A stretch of 64,000 bases of DNA from Octopus vulgaris (Eukaryota): NCBI GenBank assembly GCA_951406725.2, contig OX597820.1, positions 62,744,001 through 62,808,000 on the forward strand. The letters run 5' to 3'. Position 1 is the first letter of the stretch, and each line of letters opens with the position of its first letter. Below are positions 27,860 to 44,607 of the stretch, one piece after another. The notes beneath the pieces were generated by a model. It made no database searches. It was given only the letters and a program-made list of their open reading frames with translations, and had not been told where the DNA came from. Both the position numbers and the translations under genes were made by a program.

Positions 27860-28611
27860 GGATGGATGGATGGATGGATGGATGGATAGAGCTGACGAAT
27901 AGCAAACAACGCATGAGACATGTTCAAATAATGTCTATATTTGCAGTGTACGAAGAGAATGTGAAGTGCAATTAATTCTGTTTATTTTTCTCTGCATAGA
28001 CATTTAAAACTGCGGTCTTAATACATCAAAATATTTTTGATTTTCTAATACAAGTTATTTGCGCACATACTTTACTAAACATTAATCAGTCTACCGTCTA
28101 ATGCACCATAGGCAATTTAGTCTAGTCATTTAGCGAGATACTAATTTGTATTTAATTTATATATCGGTTGCTTTCAAAATCTCTTCCAAGGCAGAAGGGT
28201 GAGGAATGGCTCTTCCTTTATGAAAAGTAACCAAACAACCTTGCAACGTATCGACATAATTTGCTGTACATTCATGCGTGAGGAGAGGATAAATTGCGGT
28301 GTGTTTCTAGTTAAGTTGTTTATCTTGTAACTTGTATTTTAGGATATTTGGAAGCAAAACAGTTGGTTTATTTACAGAGTATTTCTTTGCATCTAGTTGT
28401 TTTGCACAGGGCTTATTTTGTTATTGGCGATAGTGTTAGTGCAAGGTGTTGGTGCAGTGTGGATGTACTTTAAGCAGTTATGATGGTGAATACCGTGTAA
28501 TTGCGTGATTGTATTTATTGTGATCGTCCTGTGATGTGTTGGAGTGAATCATGGATTCGAAGAGGGATAGGGCAGTGGATTGGAAAATGATCCGAGTTAA
28601 CCTGGTTGGAG

Positions 28612-28867
28612 TTATAAGTTAAGTTAATTTTTTGGCTCAAAAAGCAAAAAGCAAGGCCATGTAAGGGGACATGAAGTTCTGTACAGGGAGGGTGTTCATG
28701 CAAAGAGTTCAGGCCATTTCTGGTCAAGAGAGACTTTGAACCGAGCGGTCGTCGGCATCTTCACTATCTCGTCTGGCAGCTTATTCCACGGATCCGCAAC
28801 CCGGACGGAGAAAGCCCCTCTCCTTCGATTGAGATGAAATCGTCGCAAATAGAGCTTTTCGGAGTGA
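28612..28867 (-). mobile_element. 5'-truncated 3' fragment of the LINE at 58930-63393
   Basis: Closely matches the reverse complement of about 63139-63385, including tggccttgctttttgctttttgagccaaaaaattaact. Confidence 0.9.
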
Positions 28868-30067
28868 TGTGGTGGTTATTGGGATGTACTGATCTGGTCA
28901 TATTTTATCATAATTTCTTATTGAGTACATACATAATTTTACCTACTGTATGCACATGGAAAGAACTCTAGCATTATAAGCAACATGAAAGAAGCTCGAA
29001 AGACACCTGTGGAAAAGGTAAAATAGACATATACGACGAACTGCAATTACATATAAACAACGATATAATTTTTAATATAGATAATATTTGTTATTAAATA
29101 CAATATAGTAAATACCATTATTTTATGTGCATGCAAATATGTGTGTGTAGTGAAAAAGTAAGCCCTTATCATTCACATTATTGTCACCCTTTGGATGCAA
29201 ACAGGACAGTAGCGCAATGTTTGTTTATATATAACGTGCAGGTATATAATCAAATGTTGTTGCATATAAAATATAATTGAAGGAAGGCAAGCCGATATGT
29301 AGATATTCAACAGCAATGTAATATTTGTATTACATGTATTGAAAAGAAAAATATTAAAAGTATATCGAACTTTCTTAAAATAATGTAATATTGATTCGAA
29401 GTAAAACGTTGGCAAAGCATGAAACGGTTGAAAATATAAAATTGACTGGAGACAGCTATCATATGAATTATTGCAAAGCATTTGTTAACAGAAAGTACCT
29501 TTAATATTTAAAAAAAAACCCAAAAATAATGATGAATAAATGACGAAGAAATAATGAAGAAAAAACAGGCAATGGAACATATGTTATAATATTAAGAACG
29601 ATTCCAATCACAGAAAAGCTTTCAACATAAAACGTTATCAGCACCTAAAACAAGCTTAAAGCAAAATATTATTAGTATTAAAGAAGTAGGAAGAAAACAC
29701 ACACTATCAAAGATAATAAATGTTTAAGAAAAAACAACAGAAAAATTTAAATGCTAGAGTGCCACACACAAATAACAAATGAAAATGTACGGATATTCGA
29801 CTGTAGGGAAATTCGTCTGAGAGACTATTCGTGTTCGTGTAATCCAGTCGTGTACATCTCCGCCCTGGGACAATATAATTTGATAAAAAATGTGAATTTT
29901 TAATTATTTTCTGAGATTTTACAAAAACAACAAAAATATTACTGGGTGCTATATTACTACCAGTTCAAATATGCTTCTGGTACGTTTTGAGTAATAAATA
30001 AACCCTTCACTGCGTTTTGTTATGGAGAAAAATTTCTCGCTGTTGACAATAGTGTAAATACACCTAG

Positions 30068-30170
30068 ATCAGTTCGCAGTGCCATCTTTCCAAAATGTGA
30101 GATGCGGCATTTCGGAGTAGTTATCTCCTCTTTGGTCACAGACACTGGGCAGATGGTGCTGTGAACTGAT
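30068..30170. repeat. Internal inverted repeat of a probable DNA transposon remnant
   Basis: atcagttcgcagtgccatct...agatggtgctgtgaactgat. Confidence 0.5.
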
Positions 30171-31655
30171 AAAAGTGCGTGATTCTCTTATACTATCTCA
30201 CTCAGTTTCTTTATTAACCATGAGGTTGAGAAAAGATGGGAAGATACGCGTCGTACGATAAAGGTTAACGCTATGCGGCGGCTCACCGTAACTATCTGTC
30301 TTACTCCCTCTCTCCCATTCTCAGTTTCTCTCTCTTTACTCGCTGGTAGTATATCGGTGATCCAGCATCCAGCTCATTGGAAACCTCTCGTCAGTGTGGC
30401 TATTGATCCCTAACTGCTATGTAAATCGAACATATCTATGGGTATCTTGAGTAATATATTTTACATGTGACTTTTGCACATATATATCAACATACCTGTT
30501 CCTCATGCATGCATATATGTATATATGCATATGTGGTATATGTGCCTTTATGCATGTGCATGCATGCATATATATGAGTGTCAGGAGCGATTCTTGATGA
30601 GAAAAACTCATTCTGGTAACATAAGTATATGTGAAAAGTTACATAGACTGAGTGAGAGACGACGTGACGTCATCTCATCAAGGGTGACGTTGCATGTTTG
30701 TGTTCGTTTTTGTGTGGGTTGTGGAACGACATCAAAGTAGCTATAACTAAGATGTAGAGAAGAGGATTAAATAATCAAATTGTGACAGGTAACATCTTAA
30801 AATGGCTGCTGAAGCAGCATCAATTGACCAGATATATCTTTCTGCGTCTTGTATATCTAAAACGATGACATATCAAGTGGATATACTTACAGACTTTGCG
30901 ATAACATTAAATGCCTTAATTGAAGCAATTCTAATGCCATACACATACGCGATGACAAACTCACACATACATAAATAACGACATATACAAGGATTTAGAG
31001 ATACGTTCATACGTACAACCACGTTTGCATAAACACAAACATATATGAGATATATATACCCATGCAAGTACTGTGCATCTATATAAAATCTAAATCCTTT
31101 GATACAATGCAAAACTAAGTAAACACAAATTTAAGTTTAGTATTGGATTTTAAAATATATAAAGCACTCAAAGATGCAAACATGCAAACGCAATTACAAA
31201 CACACACACACACACATATTATATTGCTATATTTGTACAGACATATTCACATAGCCATATATACATACACGCGTGTATATGTGAATGCGTGTATCTATAC
31301 ATATTCATATGTACAAACAGACTAACATACAAATGCTTATATGTAATTTTCTTTCTGGTTTTACAGAGCGAATCCGCTAGTGGAGAACATCTCGGTATCT
31401 CGGGAAGCAAATCTACATCTGCATTCCAAACACTAAACAAAATCCTTCCAAACCAGCATACGAATAAGGAATTTAGACTCCCTTGCGCTCACATGAAAAG
31501 ATACATGTGTATATCTATACATATACATACATACATACATACATACATACACATATATATATATATATATATATACATATATATATAATTATACAAACTC
31601 GCGAACACATGCACATAAACACACATACGCACACACATGCACACACACGCACACA

Positions 31656-31690
<35 letters not shown>

Positions 31691-31734
31691 ACACACACAC
31701 ACACACAAATAAGACGCATTCCAGATGTTTTCTT

Positions 31735-32040
31735 ACTTTTTCAAGAGAGACACATCTTAAATTCAATGAAGTACAAGAATTTTATCTCGTTCAAAGTAGG
31801 ACCCTCTGACTTCAGTGCACCTGTTGTACGCTCCAGCCATTTTGTGTAGGCCCCACGGGTATCGCCGAAATTCAAGGCGTCCAGCACTCTTGTCACAACT
31901 TTTCTCAACTTTAAAGCGGCTGACCCTGATTGTCACACAGAACAAGTTCTGGATTCTAGAGAGGGTGAGTGAGGGTTTGATGCCCATCTCTGTCAAGTAG
32001 TTGGCCTTCAAGACTCTCGTCACTGAACACACAGGAAACA
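31735..32040 (-). pseudogene. Mariner-type transposase 3' remnant
   Basis: Minus-strand ...YNRCTEVRGSYFERD matches the typical mariner C-terminus (KCIE.GG.YFE). Confidence 0.6.
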
Positions 32041-32160
32041 AATTTTACACAAATTTTATACAAAATTTTGTAAATGTCACACAAATTTTGCACAAATTTT
32101 AAACAAATTTTGTACAAATGTTACAGAAATTTTTCACAAGTTTTACACAAAATTTACACC
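32030..32160. repeat. Degenerate about 11-bp tandem repeat (acacaaatttt)
   Basis: Read directly from the sequence. Confidence 0.75.
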
Positions 32161-32398
32161 CGGACCAGTGCGATTGAAAAGGAAATATTTTACTCCGCAC
32201 CCATGCCAGGTACCTATTGTTACTAAGATTGAGTACCATTAAGAAAATTGGGATATATAAAGGCCGATGCAGAGGATTCAACCTGTCTTTAACATAGACG
32301 GTCAATTAATTTAGGTTTCATGTGAATAAGATAATTAAAAAGGAACGAATGTATACAATTGCTGCACACATAAATCAATGTAACCTACAAAACTTCAA

Positions 32399-32439
<41 letters not shown>

Positions 32440-32456
32440 TAGATAGATAAATAGAT

Positions 32457-32536
<80 letters not shown>

Positions 32537-33076
32537 CATAGGTTGGTGGGTAGATAGATAGATATTAAGGTAGTCAGGATTTAGATAAAATTTAGTGGTG
32601 AAACAATAAAAGAGAAGAAGGCGCTACATAGTGCATATTGTAATCCTGTCTACCTGGTTTTTGCTAATATATAAAAGCTTTAGGGTAGTGAGCTGGCAGA
32701 ATCCTTAGCACTCCGGGCGAAATACTTAGCAGTATTTCATTTGCCGTTACGTTCTGAGATTAAATTCCGCCAAGGTCGATTTTGCCTTTCAACCTTTCGG
32801 GGTAGATTAAATAAATATCTCTTATGCACTGGAGTCGGTATAATCGACTTAATCCCTTTTTTTGTTCTCGTTTGTCCCCTGTGGGAAATAAAGAAATAAA
32901 TATATAAATCTTTTACACTAATTAAGAAAAAGACATACATTCACAGACCGGATTCGGTACTTGCGATTCTAGGGGACCCTACCAATAGTTGATTTCTTCA
33001 ATGTTATCAAACCTGGCGCCGTACAAGTTGACGGTTGTTATGAATCCTCATATCAAATCATACATATGTATGTATA

Positions 33077-33383
33077 TCACGTGATCACGTGACCGACCAG
33101 ACCATTAGATGTTGTTACACATCGCTGGTCACCATGCGTTCGCATTGTTTTAGCCTTCGAATGACGCCACCCCGCTGGCTAAGCGAGCAGGCCAACAGAA
33201 GAAAGAGTGAGAGAAAGAGCGGGGAAGGAGTACAGCACGGATCACCACCCCTTGCCGGAGTATCGTGGAGCTTTTAGGTGTTTTCGCTCAATAAACACAC
33301 ACAACGCCCGGTCTGGGAATCGAAACCGCGATCCTACGACCGCGAATCCGCTGCCCTAACCACTGGGACATTGCGCCTCCACA
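33077..33383 (-). mobile_element. tRNA-Arg-like SINE, full length
   Basis: Reverse complement of the family at 25172-25460. Confidence 0.8.
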
Positions 33384-33385
33384 TG

Positions 33386-33471
<86 letters not shown>

Positions 33472-33534
33472 TGTGTGTTTGTGTGTGTGTTTGTGTGTGT
33501 GTGTCTGTGTATCTAATATAGGATAAAAGTTTTC

Positions 33535-33745
33535 GAAAAAAATTCTAATGCCAAATATGGCGAAAATAGAAAAATCGTCGATAACCAAATAATTTATAAT
33601 GATAAGCACGCGTCTCGAAGTAAGCCGACCGAAATTTCTAAAAAATTCCGTTATTCTCGTATCGGTCCCAATTTAAGAGTTAATTCATAAGAATTTTCTC
33701 CTCGTCAGCGATAAATATGGCATATTTGGCATTATAATTTTTTCT
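33535..33745 (-). mobile_element. Short element with inverted termini and a degenerate hammerhead motif
   Basis: Termini taatgccaaatatg / catatttggcatta. Minus 33607-33712: atcg CTGACGA GGAG...CTTC GAGAC gc GTG. Confidence 0.45.
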
Positions 33746-33873
33746 TTTCCCTTTGTTTATAAGTTGTTTATAAATTTAATCTGTAAAAGTATTTTTTATA
33801 TGCTGGCCATTGATAGAATTTCTTTCGAAAAATGTTGTCCTATATTACATGTAAATTTAATATATATATATAT

Positions 33874-33918
<45 letters not shown>

Positions 33919-33921
33919 TAC

Positions 33922-33978
<57 letters not shown>

Positions 33979-33991
33979 CATATATATATAT

Positions 33992-36792
<2,801 letters not shown>

Positions 36793-36861
36793 TACATATA
36801 TATATATACATATATACATATACATATATACATATATACATATACATATATACATATATAC

Positions 36862-37049
<188 letters not shown>

Positions 37050-37344
37050 TCTCGGCCAAATCGTTTGGAACATGTTTTAAAAACTAAAATTCTATACCCA
37101 AGTGCAATTCGATTCAAATGTATGCAACATCGCGATTTACTTATCTGATAAATGATCCAATAATTCATTTAGAAAATATTGAACCATTGGATTAGTTATT
37201 AGTAAAATATATGTATACATTGTATATATACACGTGTGTGTGTTTGTGAATGTGTTTAATATATATGCTTATGAGTGTAAGCATTTGTGTATGTGTGTGT
37301 ATGGGTCATTTTGTTAAAAGGAAGAGAAAATGTTTCCTTCTCGA

Positions 37345-37580
37345 GCTATATCAAGTACATAAGAGCCGGTTTCCCAGTTTCAGTGGCGTATGTATTCTCC
37401 ATTTGGAAGGGACGCCGATCCGACGCAGGATTATTCATTCTTGCCGGCTGAGTGGACTGGAGTAACACGAAATGAAGTGCTTTGCTCAGGAATGCAACGC
37501 ATCACTCGGTTCAGGATTCGAAAGCACAGTCGTACGGTCATGAGTCCAACACCATAACGACTAAGCCACGCGCATCCACA
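37345..37580 (-). mobile_element. tRNA-derived SINE (additional family)
   Basis: Minus strand: gtggatgcgcgtggcttagtcg...ttcgaatcctg...ctgagcaaagcacttcatttc...gaaactgggaaaccggc. Confidence 0.65.
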
Positions 37581-38172
37581 TTGTTTTGTTAATAGAATGT
37601 ATATTGCTTGAAAACAAATGTAAAGAATTATTGGAAATTGCTCAAAACGAAGTAAAAATCCCTGTACTACATGTATTTCCGTCGCGTTTTAGTGTTTGTG
37701 AGATATCATTAACATCAACACGTTCGTTTTATTAAACTAATTGCTTTTCTGCTATAATTTGTTTTTAAAAACTAGTCCCTTACAATTTGATTTATTCAGT
37801 ACCAGCTTTCACACTAATTTCAGCAGAAAAAAGTAAGAAACAATAGCAAAAAATGTAAAATTGATAGGAAATAAATTCAAATAAATAAGATTCAATTCGC
37901 AGAAAGGGAAAATCAGAAGTGTATGAAATCTATTTCTCTAGAATATTCAGAGCCACCGGGAAAATTTCTTGCAGTTAGCGAGACAAATGTTCTGGATTCA
38001 AATTACTCCAAGGCCAAAATTTATTTTCCTTCGTCCGAAATAGATAAAAAAGCAATACTGGGGAGGTGGGGGCTAACGTATGCGACTAACACTCTTATCC
38101 TTTTAATCGATGCCCATGTATTTACATTAGAAATAATATATCATGCATACGCCTATAAAATTTCTCTCTCTC

Positions 38173-38233
<61 letters not shown>

Positions 38234-38310
38234 ATGTATATATGTGCATATATACATATACACATCTATATATATACATATATATATATATATACATGTA
38301 TATATGTACA

Positions 38311-38351
<41 letters not shown>

Positions 38352-38589
38352 GTATATACATATATATATATGTGTGTGTGTGTGTGTTTACATATATATA
38401 TATGTGTATATATATACAAACACATATATATTGCATTACAGGAACAAAGATAGCAAAAACCAAGGCAGGGCGAGTATCTCATGTCATTTACAATATTTAA
38501 TAGGCTAAGGTGAATTTGGGGTCTTACAGCAGTTTGTGGGAAATTCCATGTGATAGGCTAGTAATTAATGTAATATTTAATTTAATATT

Positions 38590-39175
38590 AATTTAACAAT
38601 TAATAATTAATCATTACTTACCTTATATCCCTAATGATAATTCACTCCCTGATAGTAAACTGCAGTTTTTCTGCGGTACTGCTTGTGACGCACGTGGTGA
38701 ACCTGAGGATGGATACGGAATAACTCGTCTATATAAATTCGGAAATGCTATTTCTCCTATGTTATGTTCGATTTCGCCTGATCGAGCGTACAATGGGTTT
38801 GTTAGCATTTTCAGATTTATAACGTGAATATCATGCTGAAGAAGGAAATGAATTTTACACCATTCTAATCCCGAAATGCGTACATGATTAACTAAGGGCT
38901 GTTTAGTTTCGTTATTTTTTCCTCTTTTTGCCTATTTTAGTTACGAGTATTACCGTCTGTGGAGATATATTGTAGTAGAAAAATTAGTAGTTTGACTGCT
39001 ATTTCTAAATTTCGGTATGTGGTGAAGCAACTTTTGCCGATCCCTTAATTATGTTTGTAATTATAAAAGAACTTTTTTACCGATAATGTTTTTACCTATA
39101 ATGGTTTTTTTCTCCATACTGAACTACTTGGTAAAATTATTAATTATTAAATGAATAATTATTTACCCTATATCT
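38590..39175 (+). mobile_element. Hammerhead-bearing monomer of about 545 bp with a short terminal direct repeat
   Basis: Hammerhead 38830-38888: atcatg CTGAAGA AGGA...TCCC GAAAT gc GTA catgat (6-bp stem I). taatcattacttaccttatatc near 38608 recurs as taattatttaccctatatc near 39156. Confidence 0.7.
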
Positions 39176-39184
39176 ATAAAAAAG

Positions 39185-39215
<31 letters not shown>

Positions 39216-39242
39216 GCAGATACACATGCATGCACTCGCGCA

Positions 39243-39276
<34 letters not shown>

Positions 39277-39399
39277 AGTACATATATGTAGTCACGGTAC
39301 TGGCTGCGCCTCCAAAATGGATGGGATTGAGACTGATAAGACATGATTAGCTTGTCTTCATTGTGTAATACATTGGGCGTGGTAATTAGTACGCGTCTG

Positions 39400-40200
39400 T
39401 TTTGTATACTTTAGGCCAGCGAATTTTTGGAGCGGTTTATACAATAATGAAGAGTATTATCATCTGCGAAGAAAATAATTTATCTCCAGAAAGAAGTATA
39501 TGTAGTCAAATTGAAAATTGAGAAACGCCGGATTTGATACAACGTAGTGCATACAAGAATATGGAATCTGACAGGAAACATGCAATCCAAGATACAAGAG
39601 ACAAATGGAATCCAGATCGAGCAGTTTTGATAAACCATTTGCATGCCAGAGACAGTCGACTCTTTGCTGATAATGAGATACTCAGTGTTGTTATGAAGAT
39701 ATGGATCAACTGTGAAGCACATTTTGGAGATTATCTTCAGTGGATTGATCTAGCTTTATGAAAGCTGTGCTGGTGGTTGTTAATAGCAGATATCAAGTTG
39801 TTGGAAAAACATTGTATCTGAAGTTTGTTTCCCTCTTTTGATATTAATTTCTATTGGATTGTGTCTAAAGACCAGTGTAGATCAGAATATAGGTATAGGT
39901 TAGGCGACAATAGAGATTATCTCTGAGGCCCTTTTCATGTTAATAGGAGATACAATGGTTGGGATATCTAGACTGGTTAACGTCACCAGGATTACGTTTG
40001 CAGTTCATATGTGTGTTGTCAATTTGATAAAGATGATGGATTTGAAGGTAGCAAGTAAAAATGCAATGTGTCAAGCGTATGCAGTGAGGTAATGTATAGA
40101 CGGTTGTAAGCAAAGCTGCGAGTTTTATTTGCTGTATGGACATTGCTCCTGATTACGTCATTATTGAGAAATATAGTATACAATATTTTTGGCATATTAG
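39400..40200 (+). pseudogene. Possible highly degenerate LINE RT remnant
   Basis: VLINHL....SRLFADN...LQWIDL resembles INDL...LFADD...LQ.DL. Confidence 0.35.
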
Positions 40201-40209
40201 TGGTAATAC

Positions 40210-40380
40210 CAGTTGGAAGCTGTTGGCGCAGGAGAATGTGATCGATGGGCCACAGCTTCTGTTACAGTGTGGATAGAGCCCATGTAAGTATTACACTAAA
40301 TAACATGCATTTTGTGAACCGAGTTACTTCTACATATAGATATACACATACATGCATAAATACACACATACAAATACAGA
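40210..40380 (+). repeat. Direct duplication, copy 1 (copy 2 at 42103-42261)
   Basis: cagttggaagct...caaatacaga is repeated. Copy 2 lacks 12 bp between acag microhomologies. Confidence 0.9.
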
Positions 40381-40657
40381 CGTACGTATAAACACACCGA
40401 GATCTATTATATTAGAAGTTTATTACAGGCAAAACTAAGAAACGACGAGGATCAGAAGCCATTTAGAATAAGTAAATTAGAATAAGGTTCAAATTCAGAC
40501 TTCAAATTAACCTAACATATTTTATACCCTCTACAATGTAACCCTAATTCGAATCCCTAGATCTAGCTTCATCCGTGGACTTGCAACACAACGGACGACC
40601 AAATATAACACTTGTTCAGCGTTCCTATTCGTTTAGATCACAAATGAACTAAACTGC

Positions 40658-40702
<45 letters not shown>

Positions 40703-40866
40703 ATATATATATATATATATATATATGAGTGTATTTTACCTTGTTAACAATTAACACGGATAAATGAATAAATAGTTACCAGGGCAGCAAAATCTCACAA
40801 GTAAAGATGTTGTAACTCCTTGTTTATAAAGGTTGAAACTTCGTGTTTACATTGAATATTTGAATA

Positions 40867-41460
40867 ATATGAATAAAAAATGGAGTTAACGCAGGTTTAA
40901 ACAAGTATTTTTACTTTCTACATATGTTTCGAAAATTCCACTGATACTTATTCAAAAGAAAAAAAAGGTATAAACAATGCAATCTTCTCTTCGGGAAAGT
41001 GAAAAAACGAAACTTGTCAATACGACATTTTAGCAAAAAATGATGGATTCGTATAGCGATAGACAGAACGCTATTAATATTGTTTAAAAAAACGTTATAT
41101 GATATAACGTCATAAGTAGCTAACATAAAGAGTAGGGATATTAATAGTGAATGTTAAATATAAAGGAAATTAAAGTCTAAACTATATATAATGATATAAT
41201 ATAACTCTTTCTGTTAGCTACTTATGACGTTATATCATATAACGTTTTTAAACAATATTAATAGCGTTCTGTCTATCGCTATACGAATCCATCATTTTTT
41301 GCTAAAATGTCGTATTGACAAGTTTCGTTTTTTCACTTTCCCGAAGAGAAGATTGCATTGTTTATACCTTTTATTCTTTTGAATAAGTATCAGTGGAATT
41401 TTCGAAACATATGTAGAAAGTAAAGATACTTGTTTAAACCTGCGTTAACTCCATTTTTTA

Positions 41461-41467
<7 letters not shown>
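40867..41467. mobile_element. Near-perfect fold-back element: arms of about 265 bp, 70-bp spacer, hammerhead in each arm
   Basis: 40867-41133 is the reverse complement of 41204-41467 with only a few differences. Confidence 0.92.
41335..41421 (+). ncRNA. Type I hammerhead ribozyme motif (U4C variant); mirror copy 40913-41000 on minus
   Basis: actttc CCGAAGA GAAGATT g CATTG...CAGTG g AATTTTC GAAAC atat GTA gaaagt. Perfect 6-bp stem I, extended stem II, palindromic ACATATGT stem III. Confidence 0.8.
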
Positions 41468-41498
<31 letters not shown>

Positions 41499-41594
41499 AT
41501 AAACTTACTGGGAAATGGATGACTGGTGTTCAATCAAATAATAATATAAATAATATATATATACAAACACACATATATATATGCACACATTTAT

Positions 41595-41627
<33 letters not shown>

Positions 41628-42279
41628 ACGGGAAAGTTTACGAAAATAAACAAAAGACGAAGGCAGGTGGAGTACAAACAAACAAATGTATTAGGATACA
41701 TATATGTATGCGTGTATATATTATGTGTGTTTGTGTGTCTGTGTTTGTACAACCACCATTGCTTGATAAGCAATGTTGGTGTTTTTACGTCCCCCTAACT
41801 TAGCCGTTCGCCCAAAACACCGATAGAATAAGTACTAGGCTTAAAAAGAATAAGTCCATACAAATAAGCTAAACGAAAACAAACAAGGAGGGTGATTAGA
41901 CCAGAATGAATGTAAAATAGTGAAAGCTGGAGAAATGTTTTCTTCGAGAAGAGAAAAGAGAGAAGAGGACAACTGATGAAGGGTCGTTCTTTATGTTACT
42001 TGCCATGTTTTCCATTTGTTTCTCTCGTCGTTTGCGTATTCGACTCATTTGTTTTCGTATTTCATGTTGTTTAGTGTTGGTGACATCCTGTACCCATATA
42101 TGCAGTTGGAAGCTTTTGGGGCAGGAGAATGTGATCGATGGGTCACAGTGTGGATAGAGCTCATGTAAGTATTACACTAAATAACATGCATTTTGTGAAC
42201 CGAGTTACTTCTACATATAGATATATACATACATGCATAAATACACACATACAAATACAGAGTTCATCACAAAACCTCG

Positions 42280-43560
42280 CAAAGCTAAGTATATATTTAT
42301 ATTTAAGATCTTTAAATTTTAATATTTTATAAGTCCTATGGTGTAATAATATTGTTTTTTATGTAAATATCATTGTTTATGTAATGATTTAATTATCGTA
42401 ATTTTCTATATAATTATTAGATATTAACTTTAAGTTTATTCGTAAGAATTTACTTAGCGATAGATATGTTGTTTGATAGCAAGTATACGAGTTGTTTAAA
42501 GTTAGGTTTATGTATATACATGTATTAATAGCATTAATTGTAGTTTTAAATTTCTTATAATTATTATTTTAACTTATATATTGTCTTTTTAAATTGATAT
42601 TTGCTAGTTTTATTATTCCCATTGATAAATGTATTTATAGTATTTATTTGATACTATATAACTACGAATTGATTATTTCTTTAAGTATTTTAAATATAAG
42701 ATTTCTGAAAGTTATTATTTAGCCAACGAGATATAAAGATAGTTAATTTGCTATAGCGTCCGTTTAAGATTGTTTGTTTGTATTTTTGAATTTAGCTATT
42801 TCATCTTTAAATATGAAAAATTAATTTATTAGGTCTTTATTATATGTGCATATATATTTATTTATAGAGATTATTTTAGATCTTAATTATAATATTTATA
42901 TACATTTATATATTATTTAAATTTTATATTTTTAATAATATAATAGATTTTATTTTGTAAAATATTTATGCAATTAGATATTGACTATTACTGATATTAG
43001 ATTATTGGTGGGTTTCTTATCTTAAAAATTAATACTTAAAAATTAAAATTAATATTTAACTTTATAATCAATATTTTGATATAATCATAATCATTAAGTT
43101 TCTAGTTTGATAATAGAGTTTTTTATAAGTAAAATTATTATATTATTTATTTCTTTAAAATATTGTTTAAATATTTCTGATTATTTATTAAAATATTACA
43201 ATTAACCTGAAAATTGACTGTTACCAGAATTCGAATTATGAATTGAATTTAAATTATTGTTATTCGAATTGGTTACGGGCATGAAACGATCGTAGTGTTT
43301 TTACTCTTTATCTTATATTAAACTTTTAATACTTTTTGATAGTTATATAATAAAAAAAAAAAAAATAAAATAAAATAATAATAATAAATAAATAAATATA
43401 TATATATATATTCAAAATTTATAAGTTTAAATTATTTAAATAATTTTAAAAATTTCAACTTTAATTTAAATATTTTAATTTGGAATTTTATATTTTTTAT
43501 ATTTTATGTTTTATATTTTTATTTTTAATTAATTTATTTCTATGTATTGGTTTATGATTT
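42280..43560. other. Extremely AT-rich, largely non-microsatellite island
   Basis: G and C are visibly much scarcer than in the flanks, yet CpG dinucleotides persist. Confidence 0.75.
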
Positions 43561-44374
43561 TCACTGTTTGATTTGCCTAATAGTGGTTTTATCTCTAATT
43601 TAATATATATATATATATATATATATATCTGTGTGTGTGTGTATGTATGCATATATATATGTATATTTATGTTTTTTGCCTGTATATATACATTTTTGTG
43701 TGAGAAAGAATGCGTGAGAGTGCAAGAGATCGAGATGAAGATGGAGAAAGAGAAAGAGAGAGAGTGTATATATGTGTGAGTGTATGTATGAGTGTGTGTG
43801 TGTGTGTATGTGTGTGTGTGTGTGTGCCTGTGTATGTGCGCGTGTGTGTTGATGGACTGTAGTTAACGGCTCAAGATGATATCACATACTAAATCATCCA
43901 GTTACATTTCAGATGCTAATTGCGAAAAGTACTTTAGCTGAATCATTTAAAAATTCACCCTTATTATTACGTAGTAAGAAATACAGTTTAAAAACCAATA
44001 CTAGTTTCTATTTTTTATTACGCTTGTTATTCTTTTTTATTACGCATGTATATTCTTGAGAATATATACAAGACTTAGTTATCGGCAAATTTTAAATGTT
44101 TTAAGATTTGCCTATGCAAAATGTATTAATTAAGAAGGTGGTGAAAGTTCAGTGGCATAACGAAACCATTAATGATAAAGCTTGAGGGTCTTTCTTCATG
44201 GTAATGAAAGATATAGCAAATAGTGCAATCATGTGTAAAAAGTGCAGGAGACTTTGTAATAGTTTCATTATGATATACATATGTACATCTCGCTAACCTA
44301 TGTTTAATATTCGAGTTGCAGATGTTTGCTTATGAGATGGTAATGTGTTCGACTGCAGTTTCATCTATATGTTT

Positions 44375-44607
44375 CCTATTTCTTTATTGCCCTCAAGGAG
44401 CTAAACACAGTGGGGACAAACAAGGACATACAAAGGGATTAAGTCGATTAGATCGACCCCCGTGCGTAACTGGTACTTAATTTATAGACCCCGAAAGGAT
44501 GAAAGGCAAAGTCGACCTCGGTGTAATTTGAACTCTGAACGTAACGGCAGATGAAATATGTCTACGCATTTCGCCGGGCGTGCTAACGATCCTGCCAGCT
44601 CACCGGC
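44375..44607 (-). mobile_element. Meta-type SINE, full length
   Basis: Reverse complement of the family at 13457-13688. Confidence 0.8.
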
